Notes under the pieces: model-generated
Databases searched by the model: none
Seen by the model: only the letters and a program-made list of their open reading frames with translations
Told to the model about the DNA's origin: nothing
NCBI GenBank assembly: GCA_950097015.1
Contig: CATNEN010000001.1
Span: 25,730,001 to 25,794,000, forward strand
Length of the DNA: 64,000 nucleotides
Direction of reading: 5' to 3'
Source: Macrostomum hystrix
Taxonomy: Eukaryota > Animalia > Platyhelminthes
Shown here: piece by piece, positions 1 to 11,011 of the stretch
Layout: every line of letters starts with the position of its first letter
Numbering within the stretch: position 1 is the stretch's first letter
Made by a program: the position numbers and the translations under genes

Positions 1-1556
1 TAGAGCTGCCTGCTGCCGCCGATGCCGGCACGAACGCCAACGACCTCGCCATGCGACCGCCCATCCCGGTGGCTGGCCGGAACCGGACCAGAAAGAGCAA
101 CCCGATGATCCGCCGGCGGCCCCGCCCGAGCCAGCCGAGGCCACCACCTGTCTTTTACATGACTAAATCAAAAGTTACGATATCAACAAACCTATTTTTG
201 CATCAGTGTTTCGAAAATTTTCACCTGTTAGTTGTGGTTTGTAGACTGTCCCTCTCCAAGAGCGCTCCCCGCTCGGGTAGTAGCTACTCAGAAACAGATG
301 TCCTGGCACGTCCGGTCCAACATGACGTGCAGCTTTAAACAGGTCACGGACAATTTAAAATTTATAAACGAAAGTGCACCACCTCCACCCATTATTGGTG
401 AAAAATTTAGGGTCTGCCTTATGAGATGAGTCCCTAAGGCGAGCCAGTTTTCCCAGCCCCTAAGGACACTAGGACTGATCCAGGAGCGCAATTCAATAGC
501 GAAGACACAGCTCATTGCCTAGGGATTAGGGAATCAAAGCTTGACAAAAAATTCCCAGCGAGAGGCACCCAGCCGAAGCCCTGTCTTGCTTATTTCGGTT
601 GCCATAGCTGGGTGGACAGTCCATGTGTCTTCGACGTCGACTATCTGGGAGCTAGGCAAGCGAACAGATATAGGATTACTCCGTAGTGTACTCACACTGT
701 ACTCATTTGCCAGCTTGTGTATACTGAAACATTTCTGAAGGGGACTGACACTGCAGTTCCCTCCGCGCAGCCGACACCCATGTTCTGAAGGGTTAATGCC
801 ATTGTGCTAAAGGAACTGAGCAGACCAGACGAGAGGAAAAAGGACGTTGAAATGAGAAATCCGATATTTTAAGAAACTGCATTTTTCCAGCTAAATATTT
901 TTGCTACAAAGTTTATTTTCACCAAATTGGAAACAATCGAAAAAACGGACGCCTAACTGTAACGAATCGTCGAAAAAAAGTGAAAATGTTGTCATTTTGA
1001 GCTACGTTCGTTAAGACAGCTGGCTCAATGGGGTCTCAGAAAAACTAAAAAGCTACATAAAAATAGGGGAGTTAGATCGGTTGAGAATACCGATTTTTAG
1101 CAAATTTGGTTAGCCAAGAAGCAAATTTGATAATAAGCATAATACCTTCCGACCTGCGGTTTAAAACTGAAAAGGCGAATAATTTATCAGGCTTATAAGA
1201 TTTGGTTTAAACTATGGTTTAAAAACACAACAGGCTACAGGCAAAGCAAGGCATAAATATGCTTACTACAAATCTAGAATTTGTGTACTAAAAAGATTAA
1301 TGAAAATTGTGCACGAACTACCGTTGGTGAAGAAATTGAAGCAGAAAAACACTTCTTCAGCGAGTTAAAAGGGCCCAAAATAAGACAAAGGGATTTACGG
1401 TTTTGTAGCTCTTTTATAAAATTCTGGACTGATAAAAATTGGAGCTATTGTCTTGGGGTAAGGGCAAATGTCATTTGGAATTCCTTACCGAAGGAATCGG
1501 TAGGAGTACATTGTCTTTAATGTGTCTTTCATTGTTGGCAACTATGGTTAGCTGCT

Positions 1557-3110
1557 CTATGGATTGCTGCTATGCAGAGCAGCAGTGCTAACCAAGAAAA
1601 ACTTCTTGTGCGTCTCCACCGTCCAGCTAGACATCTGCTGCGCCTGGCTTATTCCGTTCAGCCGGGGCTCCCTGAAGCCGCGAACCATGATGAAATTGAT
1701 CCTGTTAATCATCGAGACCACGTCCTCTTTGTGCGCGAACTTGTGGAGGGTGGTGCAGAGGGCTAAGATGAAGCGGCTGCCGTAAGGGCTGCAGAATCCT
1801 TGTTGGCCAGGGGCTGTGCAATGAGCCACAATCAGCCCACTTTGCTGCGGAATCACTTCCTGCAGAGGGTCCAGCAGTGGGGCCCCATATAATCCGCCAA
1901 CCATGCGTGCTAACTGCGCCATATTGCAAGCTGCTTCTGACTTTCTGGTCTCCGGGGTCACAGGCACATCTCGGCAACCCTGAATGATTACCAGCCTTGG
2001 CTTAGCTCTGACATTTTCCCCGGTTCTCATCAAGTTGATAATTTCGTACTCGCTCACTAGTCCAACACCTGCGCCATTGTCATAGTCGATGCCGCATATT
2101 CCACCCAGACGGCCGTGGGACATGATGACGAGAACACATGCTTCTCCATGTTCAGTTGTGTTAGCGAATGCCGACACTATGGCGTGAATTTCATCAGCAG
2201 TTTTGTTGAACTTCTCTTCCACGGTAAAGCTCATGAGCTGAAAAACGTGCTTTAAATTCTCATAGTCACTTATGCTAGACAATCTGTCATCAAGATTGTT
2301 ACGGAAGGTCATGTTGTGGATGATGAGCGCATGCTTCGTTGCTCGTGGTGGCTCACAGTAAACTAGATCGGCTGGAGGATCTTCGGAGGCCTTCAGAGTT
2401 TTGACAGTTTCTGGATCCAGCGCCTTGAGATGAGCGCCCTCGCCAAACTCTTTCGCCAGTTCTTTGTGCAGCAACTTGACTACCGGATGAGGCGCGTGAT
2501 ACTCATCCAACAGTCCATTGACAGATTTGATATTGAACTTTACGCTCTGCTCCTCAGTAATTTTGTATTGAATCAGGTGGCCAATTCCTTTGGAGAGCCA
2601 ACATGTTTCCTGCACTTCTCGCAAGTTGCGTACGAAATCCAGGGCCAATTTCCTGGTCTCGACGGCGATGCTCAGAATGGCCGAGTTGCGCAGCTTTTTT
2701 TTATTTTGGACCGGCCACTGCTGATTCTCGCAGTCGGCAGATTCAAAATTGTCACAATTTGAAATTCTGCAGTAGATCAGCAACTTCTGGACCGATTCGT
2801 CCACCTTCGAAAGCACTGTTGCAGTTTGGTCCAGCTCGCTTGCGCTTTTGTTGTCCGTCAGGACGAGGACAACTAGCTTCTTGACGCCCTTGGCGGCGGT
2901 GGCAGTGATTTTATCCTGGATGTCTTTGGCCTCCTTTGATTGGTCATATTCGATGCTGAAGCAGCAGTTGATTAGGTAAATCTCGTATTCTTCTAGTTCT
3001 TTCTCCTTGGCCGTCGAGAAGATGATAGCTCGGTAGACTTCAGATTCTCCACCGATGCTAGACGTGCCTGAAGGTTTATGGGATTCGGTATTTGACTTTC
3101 TAGTTGGCAC
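1557..3110 (-). CDS. Caspase-family (peptidase C14) protein, large terminal coding exon, with an N-terminal caspase-like pseudo-domain
   Basis: 517-codon ORF. The C-terminal half has ALIIHN, R..S..D, VLVIMSHG (catalytic His), KPRLVIIQGCRD (catalytic Cys), GSRFI and terminal KKFFL. No ATG occurs near the ORF 5' end, so the true start lies in upstream exon(s). Candidate small exons: 3381-3416 and 3511-3540. Confidence 0.9.
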   Translation of the reverse strand: MPTRKSNTESHKPSGTSSIGGESEVYRAIIFSTAKEKELEEYEIYLINCCFSIEYDQSKEAKDIQDKITATAAKGVKKLVVLVLTDNKSASELDQTATVLSKVDESVQKLLIYCRISNCDNFESADCENQQWPVQNKKKLRNSAILSIAVETRKLALDFVRNLREVQETCWLSKGIGHLIQYKITEEQSVKFNIKSVNGLLDEYHAPHPVVKLLHKELAKEFGEGAHLKALDPETVKTLKASEDPPADLVYCEPPRATKHALIIHNMTFRNNLDDRLSSISDYENLKHVFQLMSFTVEEKFNKTADEIHAIVSAFANTTEHGEACVLVIMSHGRLGGICGIDYDNGAGVGLVSEYEIINLMRTGENVRAKPRLVIIQGCRDVPVTPETRKSEAACNMAQLARMVGGLYGAPLLDPLQEVIPQQSGLIVAHCTAPGQQGFCSPYGSRFILALCTTLHKFAHKEDVVSMINRINFIMVRGFREPRLNGISQAQQMSSWTVETHKKFFLVSTAALHSSNP

Positions 3111-3926
3111 TTTCAGATTGAAACTGCAGGTACGGTAGTACGCTCGTTTATTTGTAATGTAACCAAACCTTACAATGGCAGCAAAATAGTAATTGATACC
3201 CGTAAGTAATAAACGGGTACTTAATTAAGCGTTGCGTAAATCTTCAAATGTATTCTGTACTATAAGATAAAACAGCCAAATTTCTTAATAAATCACTAAA
3301 AAGCTAAGGTTGGATTTTTTTCTTTGCGGCTGTCGTTCGTATCAGAAAAGCTTTTAAAATTCATTGCGCCTCAGTCTCACCAATGGGTTCCTGTTCGCTT
3401 GGCTGCTCCGATGCTTCTAAAATATATCAAATGTTTACAAAAAATCAATGTCTATTTGTCAAGTAATACACTTCACTGGATTCTGAGTGCATTGCAGAAA
3501 ACAAACTTACGCTCCTCAGATAATTTAACTTGAGCGTCACCTGTAGAGGTTAGTGTATTCGATACTTCACTACGAGTATCGCAGAATTCACTAATCGTAG
3601 CCATTTCCAAAGCTATAAATGAAGAAATATTTTCAGACCGCTGATTGCCTCGCTCAGTTTTGCCAAGTGCAACCCATTATATAGCGGCGCATATTGTCAG
3701 TGAAGCCAATGAGATCTGTGCTCATTGGAGTGAGGGCTATACGCAATCGAAAAGCAACTCTGGCACCCACAATCAAAGCGCAGGCGACTCAGTCATGCGA
3801 GCCGAAATTCTCAGATGTCTGCTGGCTTGTCACGAACATTTGTAACCTATCTGAAAAGTGTGTAAACTGTAAGAAGGCTGGCTGTATGTGCTCTTTAATT
3901 TTTATTATTTCTTTAGTTTGAATAAT

Positions 3927-3949
3927 TGACGTCACTCTCCCTGACGTCA
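3927..3949. promoter_or_regulatory. Tandem CRE-type palindromes (TGACGTCA x2) upstream of the caspase gene
   Basis: Perfect TGACGTCA at 3927-3934 and 3942-3949, about 0.8 kb 5' of the caspase ORF on the minus strand. Function not shown. Confidence 0.3.
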
Positions 3950-4083
3950 TTCGCTTTTAATAATGTGTACCAAGTGCGAGTGTTCACTGCTATACAATGA
4001 GACAGTCAGGGCTGATGAACACAACGCTGACTGCGAATCTGCTGCCATCAAATAGTGCGTCCATGCGCACCGCTAGAACGGGG

Positions 4084-4660
4084 TGTCACCTGGTAGTAGT
4101 GATTGTCACCTGTTAGAAGTGATTGTCACCTGTTAGAAGTGATCGTCACCTGTCAGTAGTGATCTTCACCTGTAAGTAGTGATTGTAACCTGTTAGTAGT
4201 GATTTTCACCTGTTAGAAGTGATTGTCACCTGTTAGAAGTGATCGTCACCTGTCAGTAGTGATCTTCACCTGTAAGTAGTGATTGTAACCTGTTAGTAGT
4301 GATTGTCACCTGTTAGAAGTGATTGTCACCTGTTAGAAGTGATTGTCACCTGTTAGAAGTGATCGTCACCTGTCAGTAGTGATTTTCACCTGTAAGTAGT
4401 GATTGTAACCTGTTAGTAGTGATTTTCACCTGTTAGAAGTGATTGTCACCTGTTAGAAGTGATCGTCACCTGTCAGTAGTGATTTTCACCTGTAAGTAGT
4501 GATTGTAACCTGTTAGTAGTGAGTGTCACCTGTTAGTAGTGAGTGTCACCTGTAACTAGTGAGCTTATGCTTGTTAGAAGGGAGTTTAAGCCTGTTAGAA
4601 GGTGAGGTCACCTGTTAGAAGGCAGAGTCACCTGTTAGAAGTGATTGTCACCTCTTAGAC
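4084..4660. repeat. 20-bp minisatellite (gattgtcacctgttagaagt), TCACCTGTTAG family
   Basis: Direct tandem copies visible; degenerate at the 3' end. Confidence 0.95.
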
Positions 4661-5300
4661 AGGATTCTAATTCTTTTCTCAACTAAATTAGTTAGCTATT
4701 TCATGGGTTTATTTAGCTGTATAGTTGGCTGTTACTAGGAGATTTTGTTACACCGATAAAGGACAGTTAATGTTACGTAAAAGTTTAGACTAGATTCTAG
4801 AAATTTAAGCTGGTTTCGGCTAGTTTAAGTCCAGTCTAGCACACTGGCCATCTCATACAAGAAGTTACAAATTGAAAGAACTCGGCTGCATAAATCTTTG
4901 AATAGAGCATCTAACAATGAGAACACCCTGCAATTCTATTTAGTCCTACCAGCTTTAACCAGGGCACAATATTATTTAGTTTTACTTTTATTCAACGCGA
5001 AACTGCTGGCAATAAATTCTCTGCGGAGGTGAGGTGGGCGCGCACTGGGGTTGAAGCTTTCTTTATTTCCAAAGTTGAAATTCCTAGTCTATAAGAAGTG
5101 CAACCAGAGTTCAGACAGAAACCAGAAGCCTGTGTTACCAGTCCTAAATTGCCAGCTAGAACAACTGGAAAACAAGCAGCCCCAGAGTAATACTTCAGGA
5201 CAGTCTCACAGCTCATAGAAGCCTACTTAGTGGCTCTTGAAGTTTTATGAATTTTCGCCTAACCGCATTAGAATTTAAGGGTGTTTCGAATCGGTCAAAA

Positions 5301-6397
5301 CTTGTTAGACAGGAGTGTCACCTGTTAGATAGGAGTGTCACCTGTTAGATAGGAGTGTCACCTGTTAGATAGGAGTGTTACCTGTTAGATAGGAGTGTCA
5401 CCTGTTAGACAGGAGTGTCACCTGTTAGACAGGAGTGTCACCTGTTAGACAGGAGTGTCACCTGTTAGACAGGAGTGTCACCTGTTAGACAGGAGTGTCA
5501 CCTGTTAGACAGGAGTGTCACCTGTTAGATAGGAGTGTCACCTGTTAGATAGGAGTGTTACCTGTTAGATAGGAGTGTCACCTGTTAGATAGGAGTGTCA
5601 CCTGTTAGATAGGAGTGTTACCTGTTAGATAGGAGTGTCACCTGTTAGATAGGAGTGTTACCTGTTAGATAGGAGTGTCACCTGTTAGATAGGAGTGTCA
5701 CCTGTTAGATAGGAGTGTTACCTGTTAGATAGGAGTGTCACCTGTTAGACAGGAGTGTCACCTGTTAGACAGGAGTGTCACCTGTTAGATAGGAGTGTCA
5801 CCTGTTAGATAGGAGTGTCACCTGTTAGATAGGAGTGTTACCTGTTAGATAGGAGTGTCACCTGTTAGATAGGAGTGTCACCTGTTAGACAGGAGTGTCA
5901 CCTGTTAGACAGGAGTGTCACCTGTTAGACAGGAGTGTCACCTGTTAGACAGGAGTGTCACCTGTTAGACAGGAGTGTCACCTGTTAGACAGGAGTGTCA
6001 CCTGTTAGATAGGAGTGTCACCTGTTAGATAGGAGTGTTACCTGTTAGATAGGAGTGTCACCTGTTAGATAGGAGTGTCACCTGTTAGATAGGAGTGTTA
6101 CCTGTTAGATAGGAGTGTCACCTGTTAGATAGGAGTGTTACCTGTTAGATAGGAGTGTCACCTGTTAGATAGGAGTGTCACCTGTTAGATAGGAGTGTTA
6201 CCTGTTAGATAGGAGTGTCACCTGTTAGACAGGAGTGTCACCTGTTAGACAGGAGTGTCACCTGTTAGACAGGAGTGTCACCTGTTAGACAGGAGTGTCA
6301 CCTGTTAGATAGGAGTGTCACCTGTTAGACAGGAGTGTCACCTGTTAGACAGGAGTGTCACCTGTTAGACAGGAGTGTCACCTGTTAGACAGGAGTC
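5301..6397. repeat. 20-bp minisatellite (cctgttagataggagtgtca), TCACCTGTTAG family
   Basis: About 55 near-perfect copies; the variant pattern recurs at 480-bp spacing. Confidence 0.97.
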
Positions 6398-6736
6398 AAG
6401 CAATATCACCTTCCACTTTAAACAGTTTCCACTTTAAACCAGTTTTTTAATAGCGCCACTTTAGTCTCAATTCGCCACCCTGAAGCTATTCATTATAATT
6501 TGAATGCATTTAATAAAAGGACATATTCTAGTTAGATGTGAATATGAAAAACCCTGCAGTTAAAAAACGCTTTAAAGGATAAGAAGATCTGCCCCGACTT
6601 TTTATTACAGTGAGTAATGTGGCTCCTGCAGGCTTGCCTTTCTTACATTTTTTCTTATTCTCTATCATGACACCCAAAATGTACAGGTTCAAACAGATAA
6701 TGTGACATGAGCAATTTTATAAATGCGGAGTTCCTA

Positions 6737-7710
6737 CTTCGATTCTAGCATTAGTTCCAGCTTCGATTCCAGCATTAGTTTCTGCTTCGATTCCAGCATT
6801 AGTTTCATCTTCGATTCCAGCATTAGTTTCTGATTCGATTCCAGCATTAGTTCCTGATTCGAATCCAGCATTGGTTCCTGATTCGATTCCAGCATTAGTT
6901 CCTGATTCGATTCCAGCATTAGTTTCTGCTTCGATTCCAGCATTAGTTTCTGCTTCGATTCCAGCATTGGTTCCTGATTCGATTCCAGCATTAGTTTCTG
7001 CTTCGATTCCAGCATTAGTTTCAGCTTCGATTCCAGCATTAGTTTCTGATTCGAATCCAGCATTAGTTCCTGATTCGATTCCAGCATTGGTTCCTGATTC
7101 GAATCCAGCATTAGTTCCTGATTCGAATCCAGCATTAGTTCCTGATTCGAATCCAGTATTAGTTCCTGATTCGAATCCAGCATTAGTTCCTGATTCGAAT
7201 CCAGCATTGGTTCCTGATTCGATTCCAGCATTAGTTCCTGATTCGAATCCAGCATTAGTTCCTGATTCGAATCCAGCATTAGTTCCTGATTCGATTCCAG
7301 CATTAGTTCCTGCTTCGAATCCAGTATTAGTTCCTGCTTCGAATCCAGTATTAGTTCCTGATTCGAATCCAGCATTAGTTCCTGATTCGAATCCAGCATT
7401 AGTTCCTGATTCGAATCCAGCATTAGTTCCTGATTCGAATCCAGCATTAGTTCCTGATTCGAATCCAGCATTAGTTCCTGATTCGATTCCAGCATTAGTT
7501 CCTGATTCGAATCCAGCATTAGTTCCTGATTCGATTCCAGCATTAGTTCCTGCTTCGAATCCAGTATTAGTTCCTGCTTCGAATCCAGTATTAGTTCCAG
7601 CTTCGATTCCAGTATTAGTTCCTGCTTCGATTCCAGCATTAGTTCCAGCTTCGAATCCAGTATTAGTTCCTGCTTCGAATCCAGTATTAGTTCCTGCTTC
7701 GATTCCAGCA
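6737..7710. repeat. 24-bp minisatellite (attagttcctgattcgaatccagc)
   Basis: Tandem copies; explains the spurious ORFs 6734-7753 and 6871-7713. Confidence 0.97.
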
Positions 7711-7726
7711 TAGGGCCACTACATAC

Positions 7727-8040
7727 TATGACCCGCTGCCAGCGAGGAGGCAATTCTGCCTATTTCACTGACTCCTGAGCGCACACGCACACAGATACCG
7801 AACGCAGGCACACGCTCACGCAGGTCTGTACAACTGCCCTGACTTTCACATTGTCAGGCAGTGTACACTTTCACTGTGCCTGAAGGTCGGCCCTCAAGGG
7901 CACAAATTGCACGACAACCCCCCAAGCCTTCTCTCCACGGCTGCGCCTCAAAATAAATGTGGCCTCGCCTCGATATCGAGCTCAGGGGCCTTGGTGTCAG
8001 AGCTCAGAGGCGAACACGTTAGCCGCTCTGCCACCGACCC
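7727..8040 (-). mobile_element. tRNA-derived SINE, family A, copy 1
   Basis: Minus strand begins gggtcggtggcagagcggctaac (A box) and has gagctcgatatc (B-box-like). Body is homologous to 9882-10181, 31525-31761 and 53905-54163. Confidence 0.8.
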
Positions 8041-9881
8041 CCTTGAAGAAGAGGTAACAGGAGCACTCAATCGGGTAGAATGAGGTAGAATTAATGAATA
8101 TAATTATGGGAGAAAAAATAATGATACAATTGAAGAAACTATCATTATACCTTCATTTCGGTAGATTTAGTGTAGATTAGTCAAGCAAACGTAGTTTTAA
8201 TCAACATCAACACGTTCGTAATAATTATTTTATTCAACGCATCGGAAATCAAGACTTATGCTCTTCCAACTTAGTCGAGCAATAATTAAGCGACCAATTA
8301 TTAAAGTCTCTATAAAATCATCATCTTCATCTTCATCTTTAAAAAATTAAAGATAGACTAACTTAGATTTCCCAATCGAACAGGCGATTTGAATCTGACA
8401 TTTTGTTTTTCAACACAGCAAACGAGTATGACACAAGACGACACAATAACACAATTTTGTTCTTCGAAACAAAATGATTGCGTGAATGTTCTGACGATGT
8501 AAAAACATGTGAACATGTGAACAAGTAAAACTTGATTTATATTTTTTCTTCCTAAAATACTTTGCGTGCAAAAAGACAAATATGTCTTAAATAATAAAAA
8601 TTACAGATATTAATTGTTATAGTGACGTTATAAAAAATTGTACCATTGATTTTCAAAGAAACATTATAGGATATTGTCTGAGTTATCGTGGCTTCCTTAG
8701 CTACTAGTTTTCTGGACCTTTTGGACTTTACAAAAGAGAAAATGAGATAATAATTGATTTTCTGTTCACTTGTGCTTAATTTTCTGTATTAAAAGCATAC
8801 TTTATTGTCTTCGTCTGTTCCAGAGTTTTCTTGTAAATGTAAATGTAATTTAATTTTTTTTATAATCTAGTGTCTATATAAATTTACTTTTAAAAGTTGT
8901 TTTCGTTTTTTATCTTAAGGTAAAAATAAGCCCTGTACTGAAGGTTTTACAATTGAAAGTAAAAATTTATAAAAAATCCCTAATAACTTACTTTTATATA
9001 TGTCTCATATAATTGGAATTTAATTGTAAAAAGAAATATCAAGATGTACACAGAAGTCATGATTAGCTTGTTATGTAGCTCATATGATTATAAATTTATG
9101 ATGGTAATCAACAGCAAGAAGAAAGCGGCAACACTATCTATGTTTACTGTAAAAAATATTTCACTAACTAAATAACTAGCTCACGCATTGTCTTTTCAAT
9201 ATATGAGCATATAACACTTATTGCAGTAAAAGAGCACTTGCCAACATCTACTTTGTAAATGCAGAGTTTTAAAAAGTTAGATCCAGCTAGACAGGATTTT
9301 CACCTGATAAGACAGCAGTTTAACATACTACACTGAAGTCAAGCCATTTTGCCTTCAAGTTATCGGTAAAATAAGTATAGTCACTATGCATATTCTATGG
9401 TTAAAAAGCACCTGACACTTTAAGGTTTTATGCTACGCCTTACAGCTTCCTACGTTTTTTGTTTAGTTAACTTTAAAATATAAAAAACAATGCCCCTACC
9501 CACCTTGTCTTTTGAAAATGCACAAATTCTGAGTTAAGGACATTTTTTCTGGCATTTTATCTTTAAAATCTGTTTAAGAAATTTCTGGGTTTATTATCAT
9601 ATCGAAGTTAATTACTTTTTCTTTTTTGTGCACTTTGTGCAAAAAGTGAGATTTTTATTGCAAAAAAATTAACCATCCTATTTTTAGTTTTGTATTAATA
9701 TGTAGAAAAAATCCTTAATAGCAGCACATTGCATTAAACAATTTACATTAATTGCTTGCCATTTGATTAGAATTGCAAAGCAATTTAGATCAGCAGTGAA
9801 AAATCCAGGCTTAAACTATTTCTGCTAGTCACTCTGTAAAGTATAAAATAATATCAGGTATTGTAATTTAATAATAATAAT

Positions 9882-10181
9882 GGGGTCAGTGACATAGTGG
9901 TTCTTGCATTTGCCTTTTGCACCTGAGCTTGATTCCTTGACACGTCCACAGGTATTTCGGGCGCAGATGCGGAGAGAAGGCTTGGGGGCTTGTCGTACAA
10001 TTTGCGCCCGTGAGGGCCAACCTCCAAGGCACAGTGAAGCGTACACTGTCTGACGATGAGAAAGTCAGGGCAGATGTACACACCTGTGTGAGCATGTGCC
10101 TGCGTACAATATCTGTAATCGTGTGTGCTCAGGAGTCAGCGAAATGGGCAGAATTGCCTCCTCGCTGGCTGCGGGTCTAGT
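9882..10181 (+). mobile_element. tRNA-derived SINE, family A, copy 2
   Basis: Shares ggcttgggggcttgtcg, ccaaggcacagtgaa, gtgtgctcaggagtcag and gcagaattgcctcctcgctggctgcgggtc with the other copies. Confidence 0.8.
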
Positions 10182-11011
10182 GTCACCAAATGATGTGCCA
10201 TTGCCCGCAGCCCTCCAGCAATTCTTTGTACTATTGTAATAATAATTTTTTGTTTTATCCAATATGCACTCTTTAGTGTAAAAAAAGGTTATATATTTCA
10301 GGAGATAGAAATGACTCGAATGTGATATATGCTCAGTACTTGAATTCTATACTTGGAGTCACAAAAAGTCATAGTTAATTACATTCAAATTGCTACTTAG
10401 TCAATGAAGCGTGCATGAACTTTCTAGTTCTATTGAATGTATTTAAATGGCACTGTAGCTCTCGGAGCTAAGTCTTGGTCGATGGCATTATTGCTGTCTG
10501 TCCAGCCCCAGACCAGATTAACTGACGGAAACCAGTTCACAGACTGTAAAGTGAAAGTTCTTCCAGCAGTGTGCGCTCCACCCGGGGTTCGCGACAGCCA
10601 ATGGTGGATACGCAATGTGCGGCGCCCCCGCTTCCTGATGTCCCGAAAGTTTGCGGGCATTCATACCTGACGAGCATTTCTACCTGCCCTCAGCTGCTTT
10701 CCCCCTTTCTGTCTCTAGTCTGGCCCGATACAAACCATGGGACCGGATCGGGAAAACTTTTCGTACCCGCCGTAGCGCGCAAGTGGCGTGACGAGCTAGG
10801 CCAGCTACTGGAACTTTCAATTATCTATTTGTTACCTTGCAGTGCGTCAAAAGTAATTAGCGGACGGTGATAAGAGAATAAGAGATAAGATAATTCTAAG
10901 AGAAATATTGTCTATCGGAAGCAGGCAGTGCTGCACCATTTACTATAGGGAAAGCAGGATAACTCGCAGAGCGCGGGCTTACCGTGCCGCAGAGCAGGTT
11001 CAGGTATCAGC

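Noticed and set aside
1-150. GC-rich stretch at the window start, possibly a minus-strand exon (acceptor near 148-150)
   Set aside because: Too short and low-complexity to assign a frame or product.
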